Notes: generated from the sequence alone by a model not told the origin. DNA of 63,066 nucleotides, filler included, from Octopus bimaculoides (GCF_001194135.2; 4 parts of 4 records of this genome joined end to end with filler, not necessarily neighbours in it); one strand, 5' to 3'; shown: positions 24,105 to 38,518, counted from the first letter of the whole stretch. Numbers and translations are program-made.

Positions 24105-24320
24105 ATCAATGATGTTTCTGAGGTTTCAGGGTATTTCAAGTCTTTCAGCATCAGAACCCCTCACCCAGTTGATCAGGTCCTACTTGCATCCCAGTACTAG
24201 CAAATCACTGGTCTGCCCTCTTTATCCAAAGTCACTTAGTGGCTTTCTCTGCAGTTTCAGCGATGGAACTTATAGCCTTCCTCTTTGCTGCACCAGTAAC
24301 TTCAGGTTCCAAATGAGACA
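24105..24320 (-). mobile_element. R2-Hero-like LINE 3' end
   Basis: Minus strand EVTGAAKRKAISSIAETAEKATK*LWIKRADQ*, with both stops at expected Trp codons. Followed by ggacctgatcaac...tgatgctgaaagac...aaataccc, similar to the Hero 3' UTR as I recall it. Confidence 0.65.
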
Positions 24321-25124
24321 GCATCTAATCCAACAACTCAGCTGAAGAAATGTAAAATAAAATGCTTACCCACAAAATATGATAAAGACACCAATAGTGG
24401 ACTTGAACTGATGACCTGTTAGCAAGAAGTCCAAATCCATATCCATTCTCTTATCTCAACTCTCCATTGTTTATCAAAAGTAATGCTTACTGCCTAACAT
24501 TTTGTCATTTAAACCTGCCAAATTTAGCTGCCACAAAAATAAATATGGTTGTCAGAAAGACACTACTATTTGTTCAAACTGACCACACATTGCCATAATG
24601 ACATGCGACCTTTGACATCAGGAAAACTTCCAAACCAAATCACACAGGAAGTCTTGTTTTCTTTAGGTTTGCTATTCATCATTTTATATGGATACACGAA
24701 CATTTCTAAAACTATTAATATTATGAATGTTGTAAATGTTGAATCTTAAACAAGACACTCCACTCTATATGAATACATCAACATAACTAACAATATTAGT
24801 ATTATGAATAATGTGTTAAAACTTTAAACAAGTCACACTGCTCTATGTGAATACATTAACACATCTAACATTATTAGCGTGACAAATTCAATTAGATTTA
24901 TGAACAGTAAGTGCTATTAATATTATTAAGGTGGTACAGTGACAGAACAGCAGTAGCACAGGAGATTAAAGGCCATGCAATACTTAGGTTTCTCCTTTTG
25001 AGTCCAGAGTTCAAATCCCACTAGGACTGACTTTTGCTTTTCATTTTTCTGGATTAATAGAATAAGTAGTAAATATCATTTAAGTACTAAATTTAATTAA
25101 CTTGATTGTTAGTAAAGTAAGGTA

Positions 25125-25372
25125 AAGTTACCTTTTTGAGTCCTACCAACTGATAGGGGCCAGTTTCACGGTTTCATGGCACATATATCCCCCACCTGAA
25201 CGAGATGCCAGTCTGTTGCAAGATTACTCATTTTTGCTAGCTGAGTCGACTGGAACAACATGAAATGAAGTGTTTTTGCTCAAAAATACAAAGCGTCACC
25301 CAGTCCGGAATTGAAACCACAATCTTATAATCATGAGTCCCACACCCTTACCACTAAGCCACGTGCCTCCAC
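25125..25372 (-). mobile_element. SINE family E variant
   Basis: ctcatttttgctagctgagtcgactggaacaac...gaaatgaagtg...ccggaattgaaacc...accactaagccacgtgcc (tRNA-like head on the minus strand). Confidence 0.65.
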
Positions 25373-25715
25373 AACTTGATTGTGACCTTTTCCCAAATTC
25401 GTTGTGTGTGTGTATGTTTATTGTGTCTCATTGTCTTGATATCACACAGTAGCTATAAACGAGCATCCCCATCACACAAGAGGTGTTGTTCATTTTCAAT
25501 CTTCCATGAAAACATGTCCGACCATGTGGAAATATGACCTAGATTGGAAACAGCTGAGGGCTGCTGATAGAGGGAGTATATCACCATAGAAAATCTGCCT
25601 CAACGAATTCCAGTTGACCATGCAACCATGGAAAAGTAGACATAAAAATGAAATTGCTGATGGTAATACATTTATTCAAATGGGCTTTGTGTAGTTTCCC
25701 TCAAATGAGGTCACA

Positions 25716-26107
25716 CACTGGTATGGCTGTGGTGGTAAGAAGTTTACTTTCCAACCACATGGTTCTGGGTTCAGTCCCACTGTGCGGCACCTTAAGCAAT
25801 TGTCTTCTACTATTGCCTTGAGCCAACCAAAGCCTTTTGAGTGGATTTGGTAGACAGAAACTCAAAAAAGCCTGTTGTATTTTGTGTGTGTGTCTTTGTG
25901 TTTTTTGTCCCCCACTACCACTTGGTGTGTTTACATCTTTATAACATAGCAGTTCAGCAAAATGGACCAATAGACTAAGTACCAGGTTTTAAAAAAAAAT
26001 TAAGTATTGGAGTCGATTAATTCAACTAAAAATTTGTATATATACAAAAATTCTTCCAGTATGGCCAGGGTCTAATGACTGAAAAAACGTAAAAGATGAA
26101 AGATAAA
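25716..26107 (+). mobile_element. Full-length composite SINE
   Basis: Head, CORE-like GGCACCTTAAGCAATTGTCTTCTAC, TG spacer, 3' module and tail. Confidence 0.8.
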
Positions 26108-26334
26108 ACTCAAGGCAGTGGCCAGCTCTCAGAACTTTGGTGAAGACAGCAAAGGTGCTACACAGTGGAACCAAACCTGAGGTTACAAAATGAGAATCTA
26201 GAAAAATTAGCTACAAAAACAATACTTTCAGGCAATACTTTATATGATGACTGAATTTCTTTCAAATACTGTATTTATAATTGACATTAGTACAAAACAC
26301 AACCAAATAGTTTCCACATGTATAGCTCTAACAA

Positions 26335-26610
26335 TTACTAGTGTAAAATAAATTCAAATATTGACAACATATGTAAATACAACAGTTAGTAAAGCAAAAT
26401 ATATTCAAATACTGACTACAGATGTAAATATAATAGTTACTTGTGCAAAATATATTAAAATAGTGAAGAGTAATGTAAAACATATTCAAATACCAATCAA
26501 ATGTACAGCTACTGCAAAATATATTCGAATAGTAACTACATATATTGAGATAACAGTTGTGTAAAAAAAACATTCAAATACTGATGGCGTGTGTAAATAT
26601 AACTGGCAGT
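26335..26610. repeat. Degenerate about 51-bp minisatellite (about 5 copies)
   Basis: Unit aaaatatattcaaatactgactacagatgtaaatataatagttacttgtgc. Confidence 0.7.
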
Positions 26611-26619
26611 CTGAGAGTT

Positions 26620-26915
26620 ATGACAATGAGGGGTTCCAGTTGATCCGATCAATAGAACAGCCTGCTCGTGAAATTAATGTGCAAGTGGTTGGGCACCCCA
26701 CAAACATGCATACCCTTAATGTAATTCACTGGGAGATCCAGTGTGATGCAGAATATGACAAGGCTGGTCCTTTGAATTACAGATATGATTAATTTTTGCC
26801 AGCTGAACGGACTGTGGTAAAGTGAAATAAAGTGTCTTGTTCAGGGACACAATGTGCCACCAAGAACTGAACTCACAATCTCACGACTGTGAGCCAAATA
26901 TTCCAATCGCTAAGA
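26620..26915 (-). mobile_element. SINE family E, near full length
   Basis: gagggttccagttgatccgatcaa...gcctgctcgtgaaattaatgtgcaagtgg...tttttgccagctgaa...aaataaagtgtcttg...gaactcacaatctcacgactgtgag. Confidence 0.7.
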
Positions 26916-27832
26916 CATATGCCTTCATAATATAGTATTTGTATAGATATATATATTCAAATACTAAGGATACTGTTATGGCAGTGTGGTTAAGCTGTTT
27001 GCTTTGCATCAACGTGGTTTGGGGTTCAATTACATTGTGTGGAATCTTGGCCAAGTGCTTTTTGTGGTTTCCATCAACAAAAGTTCTCAATGCATTGGTC
27101 AGCTTAAGCCCAATGGCTTAAACCCAAGACACTTAAACCCCAAATCACTTGGTTATAAAGCAAGCTTCTTTAACACATAGCCATACATGTACTTACAGAA
27201 TGTTTGGCCTAACTTTGATGATTTTTGTAATGTCCTTTTATCAGGAACAGTCGATGGTGTTGGAGAGCATAAACATGAAAGTTGTAGTTGAGGAAAAATT
27301 ACCTGACATGGAAAACTGGAAGGCCTTTAAATATCGGAAAAGAGTTACTTGTATCATGCTGATTCACACTGGGTACCAAAATACCGACACCAGGACTGCT
27401 GCTCAATGCTCTGCGAATGCTGAAACCAATTAAAGAATAAAAGAATATAACCTATCTCGAACTACATTATCCAATGTGTCCCTCAGTTTTCTAAGATTGT
27501 GACCTGTGATTTGAGGGAGTTTGGCTGTTATTTCTAGCAGCTCAAGCAAGTACACAGAGGCTTCCTCATTGGGCTGGATGGTTATGGAGTCCAACATATC
27601 TCCTTTCATCTTCATCCTGTGTCATCCTGTATGTGTGTGTGTATGTTTGTCTCTCCTATTTTTTAAATTATTATAAATCTTCCACTGAGGAGGGAGCTGG
27701 TTTCCAACAAAGATACAAGGCTCCATCTTTAGAATATAGTTAACACAGACATATTCACATTTGGAACTTGAGAAAAGCCTTGTATATTTTTACTGTTCCA
27801 CTCATAGATTGCACTTCTAATGTATGAATTAG

Positions 27833-27946
27833 TCAGTCGATTTCTCTTTCTGAAAATCCTAGTTTATCCAGATGCTTCTTTAAGTATTTACTAACAAAAT
27901 CTAGTGCTCCAGTTATTATTGGTATGAATATGAATTCATAGTCTGG
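27833..27946 (-). mobile_element. R4/Dong-like LINE restriction-like endonuclease C-terminal remnant
   Basis: PDYEFIFIPIITGALDFVSKYLKKHLDKLGF matches the PI(V/I).GALG.V...L...L..LG motif of RLE-bearing LINEs. Confidence 0.55.
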
Positions 27947-28097
27947 ATGTATGTATGTATGTATGTATGTATTTTTGTATGTATGTATGTATGTATGTAT
28001 GTATGTATGTGTGTGTATGTGTGTGTGTGTGTGCATGCACAGCCACACGCATGCATGTATGTTTGTATGCGTGTACATATGTGTGTATCTGTGTGTT

Positions 28098-28119
<22 letters not shown>

Positions 28120-28135
<16 letters not shown>

Positions 28136-28330
28136 TCTCCACTACCTACCTGACAACTTGTATTGATTTGTCTACATCTCCGTAACTTAGCAGTTCAGCA
28201 AAAAAAGAATGATAAAGATAAAATGATTTCCAGACTTACAAAATAAGTACTAGCGTCTATTTGTTCAACAGAACTCTTCAAGACGGTGCCCCAGCATGGC
28301 TGTAGTCCAATGAGTGAAATACATAAACAA
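28120..28330 (+). mobile_element. Composite SINE 3' half
   Basis: gtaacttagcagttcagcaaaa...aataagtactag...cggtgccccagcatggctgtagtccaatgagtgaaat. Confidence 0.7.
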
Positions 28331-29727
28331 TGCAAGGTACATAGGAGAAGTTATAGATACAGGCAACGCTGGATTATTAAAAAAAAACGTTCTGTAATTA
28401 TGATATTCTAGTGGAGATCCTACTGTGTGATATCTTATACAAAGGGCATTTATCATGACCTTGGGTTGGTCCAAGCTCTGTAAGTGATACTGAGATGGAA
28501 ACTGGGTGAAGGTCAATTGAATGGACTGTACTTGTAATTTTAAGGGCCAGCCTTGATGGCACTGTATCATACCACTTCTGAGAATTGCATGATGGGTACA
28601 ACTGTCCAAGGAATACTCAACCACTTTGGTTAGACTTCAATGAATAAGCAGTTTGGTTGGTCAAACAACTGAAATAATATCATTATCATTGAAACTGAAT
28701 TTTGTATACACATACATATACACACATACACACACATAGACACACACTCATGCACACACATACATATGCACATACATATGACTATATGCATGTATGTATG
28801 TATTTATAAACATTTGTGCTGTGTATGCAAAGTCACATACACACACACACACATATTACTGTATATATGCATGTATGTATAAACTTTTGTTTTGTGCATA
28901 TGAATATACAACCAGATACACTCAGAAATATGCACACACATACACACACAATACAAACCATGCACATAGACAAACACACACACACACACACACACAAGCC
29001 ATGCGCATAGGCACACTTACACACTCATGATTGCATAGATTATGCATGTATATGTAAGTATAAACTTATGCATTGTGCATATGACTACACACACATATGC
29101 ACACACACACACATATGCACACACACACACAAACACACACAGAGTCACACATATTATTAATGTTGTACACATATACAAATACACGACAGACATACGCATA
29201 ATAGAAATATACAACCCGTATTGATTCAGTGTGTGGAAATCAATATCTTCATAAAGTACAACTGGAAAGACTAATGTGAAACAAACACACACAGACAGAC
29301 AAACAAATATATAAATACAACAAATTAAAAAAAAAAGAAAGAAAGAAAGAAAGAAGGAAAGAAAGAAAGAAAGAAAGAAAGAAAGAAACTTGCAAAAACA
29401 CTATGAAAATCAATCAAGAGACAAAAGAACAATAAGATGATAAATGTTGACTTTATTGGGACTTACTCTTTATTTAAAACCTTCAATGAACAGGTCAATG
29501 AATTTGCTCCCACATGGTCATTCAACTTGCTCAGTGTTTCAGACCCAGTTTTGTTCAATAAACTCCCTACTGTCTATAAAATAGGGGATTGGTTGAGTCA
29601 ACGGGGAATCGACCATACCGTGGAGATTAAGTGGATAATCCTTCTCGACGGGGCAACAAACTCCCTTGGGTTGTTGTATTAAACGGCAACCGTAAAATCT
29701 AATCTTTTTTTCCTTTTAAATTTCTAA

Positions 29728-30115
29728 TCTTTTATTTGTTTCAGTGATTAGACTGTGGCCATTCTGGAGCACCACCTTGAGGAATTCCAGTTGAATGAAA
29801 CACGCCTGTAACTCTTTTTTTTTTTGTTGTTAAAACTGATACTTATTCTATTGGTTTCTTTTGCTGAACCTCTAAGTTACAGGGACACAAACTCATGAAC
29901 ACCAGTTGTCAAGCAGTGATAAGGAACAAACACATACACACACACACACGCGCGCGCATACATACGATGGGCTTCTTTCAGTTTCCATCTACCAAATCCA
30001 CTCACAAGGTTTTGGTATAGTAGAAGACACTTACCCAAGGTGCCACACAGTGGGACTGAACCCAGAACCATGTCGTTGGAAAGCAAACTTCTTAACACAC
30101 AGCCACTCCTATGCC
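29728..30115 (-). mobile_element. Full-length composite SINE
   Basis: Same module order as 16388-16790. Confidence 0.8.
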
Positions 30116-30606
30116 TAAATAATGCAGAAACATTTTTTTTTCTTTTTCTTAGCAGTTGATCTGTTTTGATTCAATTTTGGTAAAAATGTGTTATCAAGTC
30201 TCAGTCAATAAAGTCCTGATATTTGGAAGCTTTCTTTTGAAAGCCTTTAGCCTGCTAAACATAGCAGTCAAATCTTCTCCATTTTAAAACAAGAAGTTTT
30301 AGTTTTATTCATCATTATCATCATCATCATCATCATCAGCATCACCAGCTGCAGCAGCATTTCAACCTCCACTTTTGCAAACTTGCATGGTTCATATGTA
30401 TTTGAGGCAGATTTTCTATGGTTAGATGCTGATCACCAACTCTCACCTGTTTTCAGTCAAAGTCATATTTCCCCATGGCCAGACATGTTTTCACAGAAAA
30501 ATGGAAATGAATCACACTGCTTGTATGACAATGACACTCGTTTACAACTAATGTGTGATGTCAAACCAAGGAAACACAAATACACATAATTATACAAACA
30601 CACATG

Positions 30607-30653
<47 letters not shown>

Positions 30654-30699
30654 ATACATACACACATTCATGTGCATGTACACACATATACACACACAC

Positions 30700-30860
30700 A
30701 ACAGGCTTCTTTCAGTTTCCATCAACCAAGTCCCTCACAAGGCTTTGGCCAACCTAGAGCTATAGTAAAAGTTGCATACCCAAGATACCACACAGTAGGA
30801 CTGAACCCAAAAACAAGGGTAGCAAACTTCTTTAACCACCAGATTTTTAGCCCATGCCAA
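30700..30860 (-). mobile_element. SINE family A 5' half
   Basis: caggcttctttcagtttcc...cacaaggctttgg...ctatagtaaaag...cacagtaggactgaaccc. Confidence 0.7.
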
Positions 30861-31319
30861 TCAGAGGCCTTACTAAGCAGGTGAGTTTGAAGCCATTCAC
30901 AAAGAATCTTCCTTAGGAAATATCTGCAAGAAAGATATTAGCAGAAAGGAAATTCCAGAGAACAAATATTCTGGAAAGGAAGGACTGTGTGCTGTGATTA
31001 GTGCAAGTTCTTGTGGCGCACAGCCAGTCACGAGGCCAAACATCCCTGAAAGTTTCATCTGAATCCATCCAGCTGTTCTTGAGATATCATGTCCATGAAC
31101 AAACAAGCAAACAAACGTGACTGAAAACAATACCTCTGCCTTCGCTAAGGCAGAGGTAACAACAACAATCCTTTCTACTATTGGCACAAGGCCTGGAATT
31201 TTGTGAGAGGATACTAGTCAATTATATCAACCCCAGTAAAGACAGAGGAAATGGCACTAAGCAGTGTATCCAGCATGCTAATGTCTGCCAGCTCACTGCC
31301 TTAATAATAATAATGATTT

Positions 31320-31636
<317 letters not shown>

Positions 31637-31739
31637 NNNNNNNNNNNNNNNNNNNNNNNNNNNNNNNNNNNNNNNNNNNNTTAATTAATTAANNNNNNNN
31701 NNNNNNNNNNNNNNNNNNNNNNNNNNNNNNNNNNNNCAA

Positions 31740-32010
31740 CATCCTTAAACAAACCTTATTCAGGGACCTCTTGAGCGGGATGGGCTACTCGACATGCAGA
31801 AAATTCTAACTGGGCCCCACCTTCGAGGTCATGCGCTGTTTATCTTGATATTAGATCACCATATCGCGTACATATGGTTGTGATGCATGTGCCTGGTGTA
31901 CCCTTATCAGACGGTTTTGTCATGATGGGTATAATGGGCTTCGTATATTTTACCCCAGTGTCACTTTGATGGCATGCACTGCTCTCTCACTCAATAATAA
32001 TAATAATATT
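31740..32010 (+). mobile_element. Interspersed repeat 3' end with (AAT)n tail, family unassigned
   Basis: A complex 250-bp segment ends ctctctcactc-AATAATAATAAT. Retroposon-like tail. Confidence 0.45.
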
Positions 32011-32035
32011 AATGATAATATCATTATTATTCTCC

Positions 32036-32114
<79 letters not shown>

Positions 32115-32491
32115 CAGAAGTAGTAGTAGTAGGAGTAGTAATAGTAGTATTGTTATTATTATTATTAGCTCTTATCAAAAGATATGTAAACAATGGAATA
32201 AGTAATAAATTTAATGTTCAAACAAGAGCAACAAATAAACATCTGTGGTGAAGGGTGCGGCTGAAATAACCAGTCGGAGACAAAACATCAAATATAGGAC
32301 AAGCAATAACATCAAAGTAACAAACAAAAGCCACATATGAATGCAGATTCATCAATGTAAACAGGAATATAAATGTAGTATTTTGACGTACACATTTTTC
32401 CTATTCAAAAATATTCTTCAAATGGCAGTGTTTCAACAAAATAATAATGATCATAAAATGAAATAAATAAAGAAAATTAATGACAAATCAA

Positions 32492-33023
32492 CAGGCGTGG
32501 CTATGTGGTAAGAAGTTCACTTCCCGGTCACATGGCTCGGGGTTCAGACCTACTGCGTGACATCTTGGGAACGGGTCTTCTACTATAGCCTCGGGCCGAC
32601 CACACGCTTGTGAGTGGATTTAGTAGAAGGAAACTTAAACTCCGTCGTATATTGCCTAAGTGTCGAATCCATAATGGTATCCGTGGGGCAGCTGATGATG
32701 GAGGTATGTTGGATTGTTGGTATTGCTATTTTGTATATGTGGAATAGCGTTATAACATATATATATATATATATATGCATGTATATCTATGTGTGTGTGT
32801 GTGTGTGTGCGTGTGCGTGTGTGTAGCTGAGTTTCCCCACCACCACTACCTGTCAACCGGTGCTGGTTTATTTACGTCCCCGTAACTTATCGATTCGGTA
32901 AAAACAGACCGATAGAATATGTACCAGCAAAAAGAAAAAAATAGTACTGGGGGTTCAAAAGTTTTTCCATTCGGTGCGACAGCATGGCCGCAGTCTAATA
33001 GCTGAAACAGACAACAGATAAAG
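32492..33023 (+). mobile_element. Full-length composite SINE with expanded TA/TG spacer
   Basis: Head ggcgtggctatgtggtaag, body gtcttctactatagcctcgggccgacc, microsatellite 32755-32825, 3' module and tail cagcatggccgcagtc...gctgaaac. Confidence 0.8.
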
Positions 33024-35107
33024 CGAAAGACTAAAAGATTCCCGCATCCATTGAGCAAATGGAAGTAAGAGTTTAAGATAGAAAGAACCTATCCACACAA
33101 GACGTTCATATAGCGATGCGGTTGTTTTAAACCGGATAATGTATTTAGTCTATTACCATAATGTGCGCTAAAATGGGTACCATAAAGGATTTCTTCTGAT
33201 TCAACAACCCCAACATCTGCGGATGATACTTTGTTTTATCTACACCGAAAGGATGAAAACAAATTTGATCTCGACGGTATTAGAAGCGCTGTTTTGCCCT
33301 ACTCTGTTACTTCGCTGTTAATTCACAATAAATGGCAGCTAAATCGCCCTCAAACAACATCTTATCATCGTATAGTCCACGTTGGACTATATGATTCTGT
33401 CGTTCCTGTATGAAGGAAAATGACAAAACAGTCTCACTTGGCATGATCAGAGCTAAAAATGGGAGTAAACAAGGAGGGCAACAACTCATGGCATAACCGT
33501 CCCGTGGGAAATATTCTATATGTTTTTACTGACGCGCGGGAAATAGAAGTACATGTCCCTCAAATTGCACACTACTACCGTATATGAAAATATACCGCAA
33601 TAGACTGTGAACAGAATAACTCAGAGAGTTATAATGGTTTTAATGCAGGTGATTTTACAATGTTTGGAGATAAAAAAGAGCAAACAATGATTTCTGACAT
33701 TAGCACAAGTTTAACAAATTTGAAAGGCGATTTATTAATTGCATTGATCTCAGTACCTGACTGTTAATTTATTTTATTTACTCCAGTGGGTGAATGGGAT
33801 GAATAGCAAATTTCACCTCGATAGTGTTTGAACTTAGAAAATAAAGAGCCAAAAGGAAAAGCGCAATAAAGTTATAGACAGCCTAATGATTATACAAATC
33901 CCTTGCCCAGAATCAAATAATATTACGACCTAACAAGCAGTACTCAAAATTGCTAGAAATAATAACTCGATTAGGCTCAATCAAACCATAGCTTCTGAAA
34001 AGTAGCAGATCATGGATAGTGAAAGATTTCTTGAAATAGGAAACCAGTTAACACAGCCTTTAAGCGAAGTAAATCTCACCCTACTGTTTAAGCAAACGAA
34101 AGCTACTTAGATATTATGTTTCTAAATATAATTATGGCAACAGAAGATGGAATGATCAACTGACTCCATGTTACATCCCTGATCGAATTCCATTTCGATC
34201 TGAATTCAACTAGTGTTAAACAAATAATAGAAAAATAAAACTGTTAATAAGAAGGTGTTATTTTATAGTTTCACTGGTTTCAATCGGTTGACTGCTATCA
34301 TACTGTAGCACCGGGTTGTAGCTACTCATGCCATTAGTTGAAAAATATTCTTCTAAAGTGACACCTACTTTAGAAGGTTAACTCCTTTCCAAGGGCTTAA
34401 ATGCAACAAGGGCGGCATGTATAAATATACAAATTGTCTCTACACACAGTAAACAAAATGTCAAGTTATTCCAAAGAAATTATTCCAATAGCCACAGCAC
34501 GAGTAGTAACTCATTCTGTGGCTATTATCTTATTATAAGCAACAATATTAATATATCCCCCAGATACAGATACACAAAAGTACAGTATCCACACATTTCC
34601 ATTCATGCAAACTTAGATGTACAATCACTAAAAGATATACAGCAGAAAACTGAGATAAGCATGCACATATTCTCAAACTCATGTGTATGAAGAAACAAAA
34701 TTCCGCATCAATCATCTCAACTAAATAATTATAATTATTTTTCGACAATGTATCTAAATATGTGTTTAAGGCGAACATGTTACCATTATTTTGTGTCAAT
34801 GAGGGAATCACTCTGCCAGTACTATATGTGCTAGAAATAGTAACCACTTACGAATGCCCTTAGATAAAGATTTACGACTCAAAGACTATGGATAATCGGT
34901 CTCCTAAGTCAGGATTGATACAGAACTGACTTGAAATTCTATTACAGCCACAACATAAATGATATAAGCCGACAGGGCAATTTATTACGGAATTATGACC
35001 TGCAAGAAATAGCAACCAAACCAATTTACGTAATTCATACTTCTATATCGGAAAACTACAATCAACTTTGATAATGAAAAGTGTGTATGTATGTTCGTAC
35101 GTATTTA

Positions 35108-35147
<40 letters not shown>

Positions 35148-36479
35148 CGTGCGTTTGTGACTTTGCAAACATATACAATCACCAATCTACTTACGACCAA
35201 ATTCACGCACGTCGCATCGGTCTACCAAAGCTATGGTAGAAGACACTTGCCAACTTTGTTGCACAGTGCGACTGAAGCAGAGCCCGCGTGATTTCGAACC
35301 AAACTTCACAACCAAGTAATTGCGCTTATCTCGACACGAACTAATTTAAGAAATGATAAAATTTCCGTTTTCTCTTTTTTGTCATTCGAAATGCGTTGTG
35401 AATCTGGGACTGTAATGACCCAATGAGTCCTCACTATTTATAAAAGGATAACGAATAGCTTCACAGTGACTTTGCTCATAACTATAGCAGGTCATGTGCA
35501 CGAGTACAGGTCCCTCGTTGGCACACTTTCACCTACTAATTTAATTGAGGATTTATTGCTTTCTGTTTTAGTTTCACAAACTGTCTAAATCTGTGTTTAT
35601 GCAATGAAAATAGTATCGGAGACTTGCCTATCTTCAAACAGTTTATTATTTTTCAGTGACGCCTCACTTCTTCAACAATTAGAAATAAAGCATCACAATA
35701 AAATAATATACTGTGCGTTGTTGAGGGAATATTACTTATTCTGGAAATCCATTCTGCGGTGTAATTTACATATGTCATTGATTGTCAAAACTCGTTTGCT
35801 CTTTTATTACCTACATTAATAAGTAGGCGTTTTTCCAAGAACAACACATGAAGCAAAACATACACACATGTTCACACAAACACACAAACACAGATACACA
35901 AATAGACACTCAGGCATTCTCACATTCATATTATGCATTAATATATATATCTATATGTTTGTGCATATATATATACATATATAAACTTATTTGCTTGTAT
36001 GCATATGTGAACAGATATATTTGCATGCGAACNNNNNNNNNNACACACACGACACACGGCCATACGAAACACGCGCGCCCATGCGAACATACATTCACAC
36101 GCATACAAGAATCTCTTTGTTAGTACCTATGAGTGTGGACATGAATATGTGTTCTTACTATAAAATTCAGAGAGAAACCTTCTGGGATAATTTACTTTTG
36201 CTTTTTCTGTTCGTTTTATTTTTTTTAAACCTCCTAATACAAAATCATCGAAGAGCTACACACATTTCTCCCAGCTGAATAACCATCCTAGCGTATGTTT
36301 TGCATCATTAAGCATTGCAAATGTGTTTTAATTATATTCTGAAAATCAAAATAGCGAAAATTTCAATAGAGTTTATTTTTGTATATTAGCTATAAAATAT
36401 ATATTTCTTTCTTTAACCACAAAATGTAATTTATAGTGCAGCAATGGAAGAGTATTCTGTAGTAAGAGAAACTATACAT

Positions 36480-36510
<31 letters not shown>

Positions 36511-36535
36511 CACGCACACACACACACACACACAG

Positions 36536-36566
<31 letters not shown>

Positions 36567-36660
36567 NNNNNNNNNNNNNNNNNNNNATATATACATATAC
36601 ACACACACACACACACACAAATAAATGCGCACGCACACGCACACAAACACACTCACACAC

Positions 36661-36692
<32 letters not shown>

Positions 36693-36870
36693 GGAAACAC
36701 ATGTACACTTATGCATTCCTGTTTATGTCTGCATCTGTGTTAGCATGCGTGTGTCAGTATGATTTAGATGCCAATAGAATTATTGCATGCAAAGTTCTTC
36801 ATATAGATGAGCATTAACTATTTAGAAAGCAAGTAAGCAACTGATGTGTACAAGTATATATGTGTGTGTA

Positions 36871-36910
<40 letters not shown>

Positions 36911-37716
36911 CTATGCATAAATATGTATATATAAATGCATTTACATAAATATATACAGATATACACATAAACACGCGCTGGTATATTATGTGTTAATTTA
37001 TATATGTATGTATGGCATGTATATATATCTATATTCGTTACCTATACTTTAGTGTTTATGTGTGCGTATATTTCATATATATAATATACATGGATATATA
37101 ACATTTAATGCTTTCTTGGATACCACTGTATATCCACACATCCACACTCTACCGTTATCATATATATAGATTATATACACACACGCTAACGCACTCACAC
37201 TCGCAAGCGCGTGTGCGCACACGCATACGCAAATACACACACATACACAAATACACAAACATACACAAATACACACACATACACATATACACACACATAC
37301 ACAAATACACACACACACACGAACACATATATAGTGGCGGGAGGAGTACGGAGAAAGAATGACAGGGAGAAAAATATATACGAGTTTCTGTAAATGTGAT
37401 TCTATATGAATGTGATCTTTATATGAAGAAAACATTTTCTAAGTATATTTAGTTTCCGTATTTAATATCTTATTTCTAAAGAGTGTTTAAATTAGATGAG
37501 TTTATTCCTTCATTGCATATATGATGATTTCTTACACGCATGATTACATACATCATCTCTATTCATACATAGATGCACGTATGCGCACGCATACACTAGC
37601 ACACACATACAAATTAATAAATATAACAGACGTGTGCGTGTTTTCATCGTGCAACATAGATGTGTGTATGTGTATGTACCTGTGTGTGTCTTTGTGTGTG
37701 CATGTGTGCTGTGTGT

Positions 37717-37749
<33 letters not shown>

Positions 37750-37859
37750 GATAGATAGAAAGATAAATATAATAGCTGTTGTCTAGAGCACCACACTCGT
37801 ATACTTGAGGTCGAGGGTTCGAATCTCACTCGAACCTTTCATCTTTATAAATTTATAGA

Positions 37860-38045
37860 TGGCAGGTGTGGCTGTGTGGTAAGTAGTCTGATTCACAACA
37901 CGTGGTTTTGAGTTCAGTCCCACTGCAAGGCACAGTAGAAGTGTCTTCTACTCTACCCTCGGGTCGACCGAAACACCTGGTGACTGGATTCGGAATTGTG
38001 ATTGGATTTGGAAGACGGAAACTGAAAGAAATCTGGCGAATACAG
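37860..38045 (+). mobile_element. SINE family A 5' half
   Basis: caggtgtggctgtgtggtaagtag...gagttcagtcccactgc...gatttggaagacggaaactgaaagaa. Confidence 0.75.
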
Positions 38046-38518
38046 ATTTNNNNNNNNNNNNNNNNNNNNNNNNNNNNNNNNNNNNNNNNNNNNNNNNNNN
38101 NNNNNNNNNNNNNNNNNNNNNNNNNNNNNNNNNNNNNNNNNNNNNNNNNNNNNNNNNNNNNNNNNNNNNNNNNNNNNNNNNNNNNNNNNNNNNNNNNNNN
38201 NNNNNNNNNNNNNNNNNNNNNNNNNNNNNNNNNNNNNNNNNNNNNNNNNNNNNNNNNNNNNNNNNNNNNNNNNNNNNNNNNNNNNNNNNNNNNNNNNNNN
38301 NNNNNNNNNNNNNNNNNNNNNNNNNNNNNNNNNNNNNNNNNNNNNNNNNNNNNNNNNNNNNNNNNNNNNNNNNNNNNNNNNNNNNNNNNNNNNNNNNNNN
38401 NNNNNNNNNNNNNNNNNNNNNNNNNNNNNNNNNNNNNNNNNNNNNNNNNNNNNNNNNNNNNNNNNNNNNNNNNNNNNNNNNNNNNNNNNNNNNNNNNNNN
38501 NNNNNNNNNATATATACA

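Noticed and set aside
34548-34847. Hydrophobic 99-aa ORF superficially like a GPCR helix
   Set aside because: Starts just inside a probable splice donor, has no DRY/ERY or other family motif, and is AT-rich chance sequence.
37770-37835. tRNA-like segment with B-box GGTTCGAATC
   Set aside because: Acceptor and anticodon stems do not pair. It is at most a SINE head or tRNA relic.
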